From: a phage
Strand: one strand, 5' to 3'
Sequence record: PZ445451.1
Length of the DNA: 64,000 nucleotides
Shown here: positions 35,618 to 45,271 of the stretch, piece after piece
How the letters are laid out: every line of letters begins with the position of its first letter
Numbering within the stretch: the first letter of the stretch is position 1
The notes under the pieces: model-generated
What the model saw: only the letters and a program-made list of their open reading frames with translations
What the model was told of the DNA's origin: nothing
Databases searched by the model: none
Position numbers and translations under genes: made by a program

Positions 35618-38392
35618 TTAGTTTATCAGTTTATTTATGTCTGGTAAAAGATTTATTTCACCTAAGAAATCACCTTCACCTTCCTCTAGCCAACTCTCAT
35701 ATGCTTGTGCATGATTATAGTTACCATCAAAAGAATCTGCAACAAATTTTTCTACAGTTTTTCGAGATGTGCCAGCGCCAAATACACCAAGTTTAATACT
35801 ATTGATCGGTAAAGTGGTGCTTGTTGGTACTTTCTCTGTTGCAACACGGTTGATATCTATAATCTCCTGTACGGTTGTGTTCCATTGTAAGCATTTAACA
35901 CAACGGGTATGCGCTACATACAGTAGGTTTCGCTCTGCCTCTTCCAGTCCTACCCATTCACCAGTTTTTTTATCATAATTGGAAGGAAAATCATTAGCAA
36001 CAATAACCTGATCCCACTCCAAACCTTTAGACTTGTGTGCTGTAGTCAATGTGACTTTTGCTGTAGGAGAATTTCTATGCGTTCTAAGTGTATGTGCTAT
36101 AGTGTTTGCCTTGCCAGAAACTACGATGTTTAACAAGCGTTTAGCATCTGGATCAGCCTCTGCACACTCAACAAATTCATTCCAGTCTGCGTAAGGTAAT
36201 ACAGTTTCATGTTTTACTTTCTCAATATCTCCTCTCCGAAGAGCATTAACACTATCTACCATAGAGATAAAATCCCTGGTATCTACGTTAATAATAATTT
36301 CTTCCCCATCTGCAATACGATCCATTGCCTCCATAAGCAAGGTTAAATTCTTGCGAAAGATGATAGTGTAAGGTTTTGTATAGTCTACAACATCTGATTT
36401 GTAGCTACCTACTACAGTATCAAAGCCTTTACCAACCAAAGGATGACGCAAAGGTTCTTTATCGCTTAAAATCATATTGGCAATGTTTGCCACTTTGGGG
36501 CCAAAACGGAAGCAAGCAGTTAATGGAAGCTCTGCCCCATACTTAGCTGTTTCAATCATCATATTAGAGCTACCTCTAAATTGATAAATGCAGTTGTGGC
36601 TAAGAATTTCATTGCCAAAGAAGTTAGCAGTATCCTCTACTTCAATATCATAATAGATACCCTCACTATCTACAATGTCCACAATCTCTTCTGCCGTTAC
36701 AGTATCACCATCTTTTACCAACACAGACATGCCTTTAAACAAACCCGCTGCCGGAATTAAGTTATATTTGGCACTGTTCACAGAGGACATGCATTCTTTT
36801 AAAGATGCAAACGGAACTATTTCAAGGATCTTTTGTGCAAAACTCAATGCTTCACGATAAGAATTGAAATATTTACGTACACGGTAACGACCTTCCAATT
36901 TAGCAGCACTTACGCTTACACCTGCTTTAATCAGTGAAGAATAGATCGGCATTTCACTTTCTGTCCACTCAAAACTAACTTGTGTTCCTTTACAACCTTG
37001 TGCTCGCAAAGTCACTGTTAGCATTTTTCTTTCATCTACTGCACAATTGATGCTGTGCCAGTGTGGATAAGCAAAATGATAATCTTTATCCTCTAAAAGT
37101 TTAAAACCATTTTGTCCGAATTGTTCAAAGATGTTATTGATCCTTTCTTGATTAATGCCGCGTGAACTTGCTTCAAATACACAAGTAGGAATGCCATATT
37201 GTAAACTGTATGCCATTTCTTTTTCCATAGCAGCTTCACGGTTTTCAACAATATCCAACACCCATAATTTCTGTGCTTTTTCAGAACGTGTACGTTGCCC
37301 CAGTTTAGAAAAACCTTCTTTATCATCGAATTTGTTAGTGATCCCTACTCGGAAACCTAAATCTTTCCTCCACATTAGGTATACCACCATCTGATCATCT
37401 TTCAGAACATAGGATGAAGCCCAAATACGATGGTTATGTGTCATATCTAAAGTTTTACCTGTGGCAGTAATAATATTCCTACCTTTTGTACGTGTAGATA
37501 AAGTCTTATTTGTTACTTTTCTAAATGTAATTTTACCATTAGAATAAGACTCTACCTTATCACCGATTTGTAGGTCTTTCATTGTAACCTGACCATTCTC
37601 GGTATTAAGTACCGTGTTTTCCGACACACATTGGAATTCATCGCCCACTACCACAATTTGTTTTGCAGATTTAGCATTTCGCAGAATAGACAAGAATGCA
37701 GGGTTAACATCCTGGAATTCATCACCAAAAATAATGTCATAACCAAGATCAGCACCTGATAACTCAAACAATTTTACATAGGTGTCATGCGTCATCAAAG
37801 TATCTGTGTTAGGATCAATGCGCTCTCGCCACAATTGTTTTGCATACTTAACTACTTCTGTAATTAGTTTGTGTTCGTTAATACCTTTTCTTTTAATATC
37901 TGCAAGATGTACACCAGGGAAATGTTTACGGCTGATAAAAGGATCATCCGAAAATTCAAACTTACCTACGGTTTGCTTGATCATTAAACCAATCATAGCA
38001 CGAGTTAAAAGTGTTTTCCCTCGTTTATCAATAAGATTATTAATCTTAAATTTCTTTGCTATCTCACTACCTGTACCTGCAACGTTAACATACTGTCCTT
38101 CTGGTCGTGACAGTTTTGCACGTAAACGATGATCCAGGAATTGATAGCAAATGGAATGCAATGTACGGCATTCTACATTTGGTGGCATCTTACGCCGTGC
38201 TTCTTCTGCCATGCTTTTATTGAAAGCTAAGTAAAGAATGCGATCTTCTGTACTGTTAGCCAGCAAATAAAGTGTTGACGTTTTGCCTGATCCAGATTTA
38301 GCTTGGATAGTTAAAAAACGATGGTCTGGAAAAGCCTCCTTAATAGCTGTTTGCTCTTCTGTTGGAGTAAAACTCAACTCTTTCTTAGCCAT
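35618..38392 (-). CDS. UvrD/Rep-family (SF1) DNA helicase interrupted by an intein
   Basis: Walker A AKSGSGKT, motif II IIFGDEFQD, motif III split as VVVGDEFQ / CIYQFRGSS by a 346-residue insert; start set at ATG after AGAGAGG. Confidence 0.85.
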   Translation of the reverse strand: MAKKELSFTPTEEQTAIKEAFPDHRFLTIQAKSGSGKTSTLYLLANSTEDRILYLAFNKSMAEEARRKMPPNVECRTLHSICYQFLDHRLRAKLSRPEGQYVNVAGTGSEIAKKFKINNLIDKRGKTLLTRAMIGLMIKQTVGKFEFSDDPFISRKHFPGVHLADIKRKGINEHKLITEVVKYAKQLWRERIDPNTDTLMTHDTYVKLFELSGADLGYDIIFGDEFQDVNPAFLSILRNAKSAKQIVVVGDEFQCVSENTVLNTENGQVTMKDLQIGDKVESYSNGKITFRKVTNKTLSTRTKGRNIITATGKTLDMTHNHRIWASSYVLKDDQMVVYLMWRKDLGFRVGITNKFDDKEGFSKLGQRTRSEKAQKLWVLDIVENREAAMEKEMAYSLQYGIPTCVFEASSRGINQERINNIFEQFGQNGFKLLEDKDYHFAYPHWHSINCAVDERKMLTVTLRAQGCKGTQVSFEWTESEMPIYSSLIKAGVSVSAAKLEGRYRVRKYFNSYREALSFAQKILEIVPFASLKECMSSVNSAKYNLIPAAGLFKGMSVLVKDGDTVTAEEIVDIVDSEGIYYDIEVEDTANFFGNEILSHNCIYQFRGSSNMMIETAKYGAELPLTACFRFGPKVANIANMILSDKEPLRHPLVGKGFDTVVGSYKSDVVDYTKPYTIIFRKNLTLLMEAMDRIADGEEIIINVDTRDFISMVDSVNALRRGDIEKVKHETVLPYADWNEFVECAEADPDAKRLLNIVVSGKANTIAHTLRTHRNSPTAKVTLTTAHKSKGLEWDQVIVANDFPSNYDKKTGEWVGLEEAERNLLYVAHTRCVKCLQWNTTVQEIIDINRVATEKVPTSTTLPINSIKLGVFGAGTSRKTVEKFVADSFDGNYNHAQAYESWLEEGEGDFLGEINLLPDINKLIN
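36593..37630 (-). mobile_element. Intein in helicase motif III
   Basis: Begins CVSENTVLN, block B THNH, ends YYDIEVEDTANFFGNEILSHN followed by Cys; excision rebuilds canonical GDxxQ-IYxFRG. Confidence 0.65.
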
Positions 38393-38393
38393 T

Positions 38394-38870
38394 TCAACCT
38401 CTCTTAATTTGTTTAACAAGCATAGGAACAAAATCTCGTTTTAAAATTTGTTCAATAATGTGATCAGGTAGCTGTTGGAAATTATAATTAAAAGCTACTG
38501 TCTCACCTTTAGGTGTTTCTACCCGCACATATAACATGTTACGAAGTTTATCCACTTGTGCTGTATATTCTAAACCACGTAATTGATGCATTGCAAACAT
38601 CAAATCATCAGGTTCAGTTTGGAATCTATCACTTGTCTGCATCAAGGATAAGGTAAAAGGTAGATTTTCCCTAAGAGCTACCTTCTTAGGCACTAATGAA
38701 GGGAAATACTCCCCAATAACTTCCTGTGTAAGCTGAATACACTCTTTTTCAAGCTGGTTTTGTTCCTTGAGTTCACAAACACTTTTTTGTAAAGTGTTAA
38801 CCTCTTTTTGCAAGGCTGCTAGTTGAGCATTTAACTTTCTTTTTTGATTACGACCAAAACGTTTAGACAT
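38394..38870 (-). CDS. Hypothetical protein with N-terminal coiled coil
   Basis: 158 aa ORF. Confidence 0.5.
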   Translation of the reverse strand: MSKRFGRNQKRKLNAQLAALQKEVNTLQKSVCELKEQNQLEKECIQLTQEVIGEYFPSLVPKKVALRENLPFTLSLMQTSDRFQTEPDDLMFAMHQLRGLEYTAQVDKLRNMLYVRVETPKGETVAFNYNFQQLPDHIIEQILKRDFVPMLVKQIKRG

Positions 38871-38878
38871 ATTTCCCC

Positions 38879-39394
38879 CTAGTAAAACCCCTTAACAATT
38901 TGTATTAACTCGGCACAACGATTGACCAACTTTTCCTCGTACAATACACGTTGTGGCATATGTTGTATAATATACTCCATTTGCTCATGCCATGTCCACT
39001 TTTCTTTTTTGTCCGGGATAACATCACTAGCACGAGAATTATCTTTTAATGTTTGTATAATCCAATTGCTTGGAAAGTGCTCTCCACCTTTCTTAAATGG
39101 TTTATAGTGGCCTAGAGTGAATTGAGAATCCCCTGTTAGAGCACCCAATTTATTTAGATGGATAATCAAACTACGAAACACGTAGTATTCATAGATGTTA
39201 TCCACCGTATAGCAAGCATAATATTTCAAGATGCCCTTATCTCGCGGATACTTACCAACATCCAGATTGCACCAGTTGACATTTTCTGGATCATAGTGGT
39301 GTTCCTTAAGCCATATTTCTCTTTCATCAAAGTCTGGATATATTACCGCCCTGCTTACAGAGTCAACAAGTGGAGATTGAGCATCAAAAAACAT
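38879..39394 (-). CDS. Hypothetical protein
   Basis: 171 aa ORF. Confidence 0.5.
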   Translation of the reverse strand: MFFDAQSPLVDSVSRAVIYPDFDEREIWLKEHHYDPENVNWCNLDVGKYPRDKGILKYYACYTVDNIYEYYVFRSLIIHLNKLGALTGDSQFTLGHYKPFKKGGEHFPSNWIIQTLKDNSRASDVIPDKKEKWTWHEQMEYIIQHMPQRVLYEEKLVNRCAELIQIVKGFY

Positions 39395-39415
39395 TATATT
39401 TTCCTTATTGGTTTG

Positions 39416-39856
39416 TTAAACGTTTTCTAAATCTTTTAAGGCATTACCCAACGTTAGAACAATAACATCGTTTGCTGCCTCTTCCCCATTGATATTGGTG
39501 AAATTTGGTGTGACAAAAGTAACCATATAAAACTCGTCCACCTGGAAGATAGCAATAACACCATCCATCTTAACATCTTGACGAAAGGAAAAACCAATCA
39601 TCTTCTCTTGCAAAGGCATCTCCCCTTCCTTCATTACCGCTAGGGAGTTTTCAGGAATGTTATATTTATCTGCTCCGATGTAGATGTACGTAATGTTATC
39701 TTTATCGTGATGATACAGGGTTGCTTTTTCCATATCTAAACCTGACAGATCAAATACGTTAATTTCTTGTGTAGTCTTCATAAATATCCTCCCAAATCCA
39801 ATAATCATCTGTGTAAGTAGGATGCCTTTTATCCCACTCTGTTCTAGCCCAAGCAA
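39416..39856 (-). CDS. Hypothetical protein (start uncertain)
   Basis: Track ORF overlaps upstream gene by about 100 nt; true start probably an internal ATG near 39781-39808. Confidence 0.4.
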   Translation of the reverse strand: MLGLEQSGIKGILLTQMIIGFGRIFMKTTQEINVFDLSGLDMEKATLYHHDKDNITYIYIGADKYNIPENSLAVMKEGEMPLQEKMIGFSFRQDVKMDGVIAIFQVDEFYMVTFVTPNFTNINGEEAANDVIVLTLGNALKDLENV

Positions 39857-40145
39857 CCGCTGCTACCAACACATCACCATGACAAGGTTGAGGTGAGCAG
39901 AAGCAAACTAAGTCTTTCCCTTCTAATTCTAACAAATCCTCAAGAGTGATTTTACCACAACGAATTTGTTCCCACAACCACTCTTTATATCTTTGTATAG
40001 TTGATCCTCGTGGTTCATCATCCTTTAACTTGAAAGGATTTGCAAACTTTGAGGCTTTTAACCCCATATGAGGCATAGCTCTGCCAATGTACACTGCACC
40101 TTCAGGTATTACTTTACCTAAGTGGTAAAAATTTAATACTTTCAT
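39759..40145 (-). CDS. Hypothetical Cys/His-motif protein
   Basis: LVCFCSPQPCHGDVL motif suggests metal binding. Confidence 0.45.
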   Translation of the reverse strand: MKVLNFYHLGKVIPEGAVYIGRAMPHMGLKASKFANPFKLKDDEPRGSTIQRYKEWLWEQIRCGKITLEDLLELEGKDLVCFCSPQPCHGDVLVAAVAWARTEWDKRHPTYTDDYWIWEDIYEDYTRN

Positions 40146-40146
40146 A

Positions 40147-40497
40147 TTAACCCAAACACATCTGCGCGATCAAGCCTTGTATAAATTTATTAGCTTCTTT
40201 ACTGTCGTAGTCAGTCTCTTCTGGATATCCATCTTCATCGTACACAACTGTACCTTCAATATACCCTGCCTCAATTAAGGCGCGGATCATATCAAATTGC
40301 CAGCATGAGTTACCAAATGGACGTTTACCATTAAAACACTCTTCTTCTCTCCATAACGTAGAGAGTAGTTGTCGGAAATATTCCCGTACAGTGACAGTAC
40401 CAAGATCTGAATCCTCAAACATAACATCCAGGGCATCAGGATTGCTTTTCTCTACATAAGGAATATATTTAACACCATTAATAGTTACATCAAGCAT
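40147..40497 (-). CDS. Hypothetical protein
   Basis: 116 aa ORF. Confidence 0.45.
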   Translation of the reverse strand: MLDVTINGVKYIPYVEKSNPDALDVMFEDSDLGTVTVREYFRQLLSTLWREEECFNGKRPFGNSCWQFDMIRALIEAGYIEGTVVYDEDGYPEETDYDSKEANKFIQGLIAQMCLG

Positions 40498-40869
40498 TTA
40501 TTTCTCCTTATCATCATATTCTAGGAACATATCTGCACGATATGCTTTACGCTCTTCAAACTTAGCAGGATCTACAACAATAAGCAATACAAGGTTAACA
40601 TCTAAATACTTTTTAACAAATAGAAATAAATCTTTTCCACAGTTAAAACCTACACCAGTATAGGCATCCCCATATTGATCTACTGATTTAATCTTCTTAC
40701 TAACCGTACATTCTATGCTATTCTTTTCTTCTTGGTATAAGGCTTTCCCACCCCAATATGTAAAGAATTTAGTACCGTCAGCACCAAGTTTAAAACCCTC
40801 TGTTGCATGTCCCGCAAATGAAAGTAAGCATAACCAAGTGATCATCAGGTACTTTAGCATTTTAACCAC
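40498..40869 (-). CDS. Secreted small protein
   Basis: N-terminal signal peptide MVKMLKYLMITWLCLLSFAGHA. Confidence 0.45.
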   Translation of the reverse strand: MVKMLKYLMITWLCLLSFAGHATEGFKLGADGTKFFTYWGGKALYQEEKNSIECTVSKKIKSVDQYGDAYTGVGFNCGKDLFLFVKKYLDVNLVLLIVVDPAKFEERKAYRADMFLEYDDKEK

Positions 40870-41344
40870 CTAATTGCAAATGTTTAGAAAGAACAATATC
40901 CCACTGATCACCACAACCGTTATCTATGCGGAACATAATGTACGTATCATCTTCTTCTACGACATATAATACCTCATAGGAATTACAACAGCCTTCCCAA
41001 TTTTTAACAGCCTCTGGTGTATCATGTGTAAAAATTTCATTACCATCATATGACCAAAACAAAGGAGTAAGGTTTTCGAACGTCAGTGAAGTAGGGTTCA
41101 CTTCGTCTTTAACTGCTTCCTCATATTCCTTATGCGTTTGTACTGCTTTAGTTAGTGTACTCATGTCTATCTCCTTTTCTCCTTCTTGACTATGGAGGAT
41201 AGCGAACTCTCTAAACTCCACCTCACGCCATGTTTTCAGGTAGTGCTTTATAATTTGATCAACATCTGCCTGTTCAACGTTACTTTTCAAGCAATAGTAG
41301 TCATGGTCTTCACCCATTCTACCCCATATGCTATACATTGTCAT
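40862..41344 (-). CDS. Hypothetical protein
   Basis: 160 aa ORF. Confidence 0.45.
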   Translation of the reverse strand: MTMYSIWGRMGEDHDYYCLKSNVEQADVDQIIKHYLKTWREVEFREFAILHSQEGEKEIDMSTLTKAVQTHKEYEEAVKDEVNPTSLTFENLTPLFWSYDGNEIFTHDTPEAVKNWEGCCNSYEVLYVVEEDDTYIMFRIDNGCGDQWDIVLSKHLQLGG

Positions 41345-41612
41345 CTGATTGATCCTTCACATTGTTCTTGGCATACACAGGAATAACATCATGGTGATCT
41401 TTATTACTTTCGTCTGTTAAAGCCCAAAACAACTTACCTGCCGGATGTTTAAAGATGTAAGCAATAGGTTCCTCTTCCTGTGCTTCTTTGCTACGGATGC
41501 CATCCCGCCAGGCAAGCCAAGTGTAGATCATCATCTCTTGACGTTCTTCTTCATTAGGCCACAGATGGGGTAGAAAGTTTTTATCAAACCATTGCTTAAA
41601 CTCTTCAGTCAT
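41331..41612 (-). CDS. Hypothetical protein
   Basis: 93 aa ORF. Confidence 0.45.
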   Translation of the reverse strand: MTEEFKQWFDKNFLPHLWPNEEERQEMMIYTWLAWRDGIRSKEAQEEEPIAYIFKHPAGKLFWALTDESNKDHHDVIPVYAKNNVKDQSDDNV

Positions 41613-41622
41613 AGTCTACTCC

Positions 41623-41787
41623 TTAGCGTACAAAGTTAACTTCTGCTTCTTTCAGCTTTGACACTTCTACATAACCACCATGATCATCTTTAATCCATTC
41701 TTTTCCTTTACGGATGATAACAGGATATGTAGAGTGAGTAAGTTTAGGTACAGATCTTTTTGTTTTAGTGATAGAAATGTTTTGCAT
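41623..41787 (-). CDS. Small basic ORF (54 aa), not in ORF track
   Basis: ATG 6 nt after AAGGAG on minus strand. Confidence 0.35.
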   Translation of the reverse strand: MQNISITKTKRSVPKLTHSTYPVIIRKGKEWIKDDHGGYVEVSKLKEAEVNFVR

Positions 41788-41847
41788 AGTAATCTCCTTA
41801 GTAAATTTTACATAGAGTCTAGATTATTTAGTAGGTAGAGTCAATAA

Positions 41848-42114
41848 CTAATTACTGTTAGATCTGTACTCTGTCTTCCATTCACAATGGTAAACTTCAA
41901 CAGGTTCTAACTTCCAGTGTTCAGGAACTAGTTCAGGACAATATCTACAAAAGAGAAATAGATAGATAACTAAGACAGGTATTAAATAGTAAAATGGTAT
42001 ACGATCATAACCATACTTACGAGATAACATGTAGACATATAGATAGGGTATAACAATTAATCCTATAACTATAAGTAAGAAGAGAAGTATAAACCTTAGT
42101 GTAGTAACATCCAT
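41848..42114 (-). CDS. Small two-helix membrane protein
   Basis: 88 aa, two long hydrophobic segments. Confidence 0.45.
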   Translation of the reverse strand: MDVTTLRFILLFLLIVIGLIVIPYLYVYMLSRKYGYDRIPFYYLIPVLVIYLFLFCRYCPELVPEHWKLEPVEVYHCEWKTEYRSNSN

Positions 42115-42278
42115 AGTATTCTCCTATACAGTAATATACTCTGTTCCTGCCCCTCCATGAGTGACAGGAACAATATCTATAGAGAATACTAACTCGCTTC
42201 GCTCGTCACCTTTCAGGTTTAGGGTAGCATGTTTTTCTGAAAAAGTCAATACTCTCCACAAAACTTTACAAAATACTT

Positions 42279-42551
42279 TTACATAGGTACAACAGAGTCT
42301 GTTTTGAAGTCGTACATATGATTTACACCTGTGATTTTTGACATAGAGATCGCACGTTTAGCACCTGCAATTACCTGGTCTGTCTTCTTAATCTCTTCAC
42401 GGAACTTACGCACAGTTAGAGAGAAGAAACGATGATCCATCCATTGACGATTCACACGATCACGCTTGAAGTGACGGAAATCTTCAATCTGTTTATTGCG
42501 CAATCGGCGCAGTACATGCAATAATTTATAGTAAGGGTGTTTATTTTTCAT
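42279..42551 (-). CDS. Small basic protein, possible nucleic-acid binder
   Basis: 90 aa, rich in R/K. Confidence 0.4.
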   Translation of the reverse strand: MKNKHPYYKLLHVLRRLRNKQIEDFRHFKRDRVNRQWMDHRFFSLTVRKFREEIKKTDQVIAGAKRAISMSKITGVNHMYDFKTDSVVPM

Positions 42552-42554
42552 AAT

Positions 42555-42983
42555 TTATTCTCCAAATCGAAAATCGTCAATATCATCAAACCATACACAA
42601 TGGCGAGTCCTTTCTTTTTCTGTTGCAGACATTGTTTCAACAGCTTTAGGACTAAGCACAACAGGAATGTAACGAACAGGTCGTTCATAGTAGTAGCCAT
42701 ACTTTTCTGTATTAGCTGCCTCAAAGACTTTACGGCGTTCTTCAAGATCTTCTATGGTGAATCCTACCATATAACCATCATGTTTGCTACCCCATCCTTC
42801 CTCACTTTCAACAATCGGGATATAAAAGCCGTTACGCGTCCCTGACGCTGGTTTTTCTTGAGCCTGAAGGCAAGCCTCCCATCCTGCTTTAAAGACGTTA
42901 TAGAGCGATTTACGCACGTTATGAGTGCCGCTTTCGCTTGCTGGATAGAGTTCATTAAATTTATCTTGGATTTGTTGTGTCAT
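42555..42983 (-). CDS. Hypothetical protein
   Basis: 142 aa ORF. Confidence 0.45.
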   Translation of the reverse strand: MTQQIQDKFNELYPASESGTHNVRKSLYNVFKAGWEACLQAQEKPASGTRNGFYIPIVESEEGWGSKHDGYMVGFTIEDLEERRKVFEAANTEKYGYYYERPVRYIPVVLSPKAVETMSATEKERTRHCVWFDDIDDFRFGE

Positions 42984-43126
42984 ACTCGCCCCTTAGTGAT
43001 TATTTGACCAGCTAAACAAATAGCTTGTAGTACAATAAAGAAGTAGCCTAATTTTACACTACCCAATACCCAGAATGCAATGTTTGCAAACAAACAAAAA
43101 GCAATATTAAGTCTAAAGAATAACAT

Positions 43127-43327
43127 TTAATCCCCTTCATATTTAGGTAAAGGCATATATGCCACAATAGGAGGGTAATCAAAGTGAAAATGATGGTTCA
43201 CCACAATAATCTTACCAGACATACTTTTATGCACTTCACAATACCCTTTTTCACCATCTTCCATTACCACCACATACTCACCTAGTGGGATATCGTATGG
43301 ATCTTCTACTTTTACCCATTCTGTCAT
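43127..43327 (-). CDS. Hypothetical small protein
   Basis: 66 aa ORF. Confidence 0.4.
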   Translation of the reverse strand: MTEWVKVEDPYDIPLGEYVVVMEDGEKGYCEVHKSMSGKIIVVNHHFHFDYPPIVAYMPLPKYEGD

Positions 43328-43593
43328 TTTGGAAATACCTCTTGTCCATCTTCATGCATTTGTAGTAAAGTTTCACAGATTTCATACACATTCTGGTATG
43401 TTACAACTGAGAGATCAGATTCTTGATCTTCGACAAGCATAGCACAAAGAGCTTTAATGTCAATACCTTTACAATGTTCCGTAGCTACACGGTACATTTC
43501 ACCATCCTCCCAAACAATTGGTTGCGGGAGCAAAACATCTGTACCATCTTCACAAGTTACAATGTAGTCTGCAATATTATCACGAATTTTCAT
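43324..43593 (-). CDS. Hypothetical small protein
   Basis: 89 aa ORF with ATGA coupling. Confidence 0.4.
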   Translation of the reverse strand: MKIRDNIADYIVTCEDGTDVLLPQPIVWEDGEMYRVATEHCKGIDIKALCAMLVEDQESDLSVVTYQNVYEICETLLQMHEDGQEVFPK

Positions 43594-43847
43594 TGTACTA
43601 CCCCCTTAAATCCAGATGTACTGCCAGTTTTAACTTTTGCTTTAAGATGTTCCAACTCTACCATAGGTGTTGCTACTTGTATAGGATTTTCCTCAACCTC
43701 ATAAATATAATATTCATAATAAGCATACTTACCAATAGAGTGCAGATACTTAATTGCATGTTCAGGCGAATCTGCTTCAACATACCCTAAATCTTTTGTG
43801 GTACGACCTTCGCAATCACCTTCGGTAGTTACATGATAAAGTGTCAT
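43590..43847 (-). CDS. Hypothetical small protein
   Basis: 85 aa ORF. Confidence 0.4.
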   Translation of the reverse strand: MTLYHVTTEGDCEGRTTKDLGYVEADSPEHAIKYLHSIGKYAYYEYYIYEVEENPIQVATPMVELEHLKAKVKTGSTSGFKGVVQ

Positions 43848-43996
43848 AAAACCTCCTCATAGTAAGGTAAAGCCTTGATCAGTTGTTCTGAAGTGCCATT
43901 TTGCACCCACGTAACACCATTGTCAACAGAAACATACCCTTTTTTGTCAATAAATTTACGCAGACAGTCAGTGAACTTGTTTTTGTAGATAACCAT
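43844..43996 (-). CDS. Small ORF (50 aa), not in ORF track
   Basis: ATG after AAGGAG; stop overlaps next start (ATGA). Confidence 0.35.
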   Translation of the reverse strand: MVIYKNKFTDCLRKFIDKKGYVSVDNGVTWVQNGTSEQLIKALPYYEEVL

Positions 43997-44010
43997 GTTT
44001 ACTCCTTTGT

Positions 44011-44196
44011 CTATTGTTCTTTCTCAACTTTACGCAGTTCATCTCGGCAATTGTTTTGATATTTTTGATCATTTAGTTCCTCCTTTGTAAGGACTGTAAT
44101 TAGTAGTTCATTAACAAGTTTTGGAATTGATTTCCCTTCTGCCTTTGCGCGATTTAACAACGCGTTATAAGTTGCAGAGTCAAAATTAATATTCAT
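44011..44196 (-). CDS. Ribbon-helix-helix-like small DNA-binding protein
   Basis: MNINFDSATYNALLNRAKAEGKSIPKLVNELL resembles CopG/Arc-type RHH N-terminus. Confidence 0.4.
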   Translation of the reverse strand: MNINFDSATYNALLNRAKAEGKSIPKLVNELLITVLTKEELNDQKYQNNCRDELRKVEKEQ

Positions 44197-44211
44197 TTGG
44201 TTTTCTCCTTA

Positions 44212-44568
44212 TTACATCCACAGATTATGGAAATACTTAGCAAACAAAATACGACCTTCTAAACGATCTTGCCGTTGTTTTTCATTAACTTCTTCCGGTG
44301 GAGTTGAGTCCTTAAAAGAAGACTCCATTTTTTCAAGAATTTCTAACCAGTGTTCTGCTGCTCGTTCTTCCATATAAGGTAGATAGTCACCTTTAGCGTG
44401 TGGGTACATCCGACGAAGTAACCCACTAGGAATTTTAATATTGTTTGTGGCTATCACTTTTGCACGATACGCAGAAAGTGCATTGTAGATCAGTTTACTT
44501 AGTGTCACATCTAGATCAAGAAGATCACTCTCTTCAAATTGAATTTCATCGTGTACAATTTTCATCAT
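44212..44568 (-). CDS. Hypothetical protein
   Basis: 118 aa ORF. Confidence 0.45.
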   Translation of the reverse strand: MMKIVHDEIQFEESDLLDLDVTLSKLIYNALSAYRAKVIATNNIKIPSGLLRRMYPHAKGDYLPYMEERAAEHWLEILEKMESSFKDSTPPEEVNEKQRQDRLEGRILFAKYFHNLWM

Positions 44569-44849
44569 GCCTTCTCCCGATCTGCGTCTAATTTCAACAA
44601 GAAAGCTGTATACTCTTCCGAACCTTGGTGTAAAAACATGCGATAAGAGCTTACCAGTTTTTTCGTTGTTGTATAACGTTCCATTTCCCCAACAATACCT
44701 CCACCCAGTGTGTAGAGCACAACACCCTCAAACCCAACATGAGTTACTACTTCAACCAAATCTGTGTTATCCCAATGGTAGTTAGGTGACACAATAAGAT
44801 CGCCAACTGTCAGTTTAATGTTTGCTGCTTCGTCTTGTGAATAGTACAT
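44565..44849 (-). CDS. Hypothetical protein
   Basis: 94 aa ORF. Confidence 0.45.
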   Translation of the reverse strand: MYYSQDEAANIKLTVGDLIVSPNYHWDNTDLVEVVTHVGFEGVVLYTLGGGIVGEMERYTTTKKLVSSYRMFLHQGSEEYTAFLLKLDADREKA

Positions 44850-44861
44850 TTTGTTCTCCTC

Positions 44862-45152
44862 TCACATTAAGACACGTTTTGTACCGATGGGAGCATTGTC
44901 GAACATGTTTATCACTTTGTCAAGTTTGTGTACTAACTCGTTCGTAATGTTCCACTCTTTGTATGATCTCCATTGTTTCTTATTCTCACCTACCTGGTGT
45001 AAAACTTTGATTGGTGCATTCAAACGTACATTGCGTTCTTTGTCCTCTTCAAAAGAGGCTAACCATTTTTCGTTATGCCCATGAACAGCAATAATAATGC
45101 CAAAACCATCAAAAGTTTCTGTAATATTCTTAGTTGCTAGTGTGATGTTCAT
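44862..45152 (-). CDS. Hypothetical protein, first gene of the minus-strand block
   Basis: 96 aa ORF next to divergent intergenic region. Confidence 0.45.
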   Translation of the reverse strand: MNITLATKNITETFDGFGIIIAVHGHNEKWLASFEEDKERNVRLNAPIKVLHQVGENKKQWRSYKEWNITNELVHKLDKVINMFDNAPIGTKRVLM

Positions 45153-45210
45153 ATCTAACCTCTTTTGTTACGATACACACAGAGTACCAGAAATTAATTT
45201 CAGATCAAGT

Positions 45211-45239
45211 ATTGACATACTGTTTTATTGTGCTAATCT
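45211..45239 (+). promoter_or_regulatory. Candidate sigma70-like promoter for the plus-strand block
   Basis: TTGACA at 45211-45216, weak -10 (TAATCT) about 16-17 nt downstream, in divergent intergenic region. Confidence 0.3.
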
Positions 45240-45271
45240 TAATGCATACACAAACGAGAGGAGATAAACGA

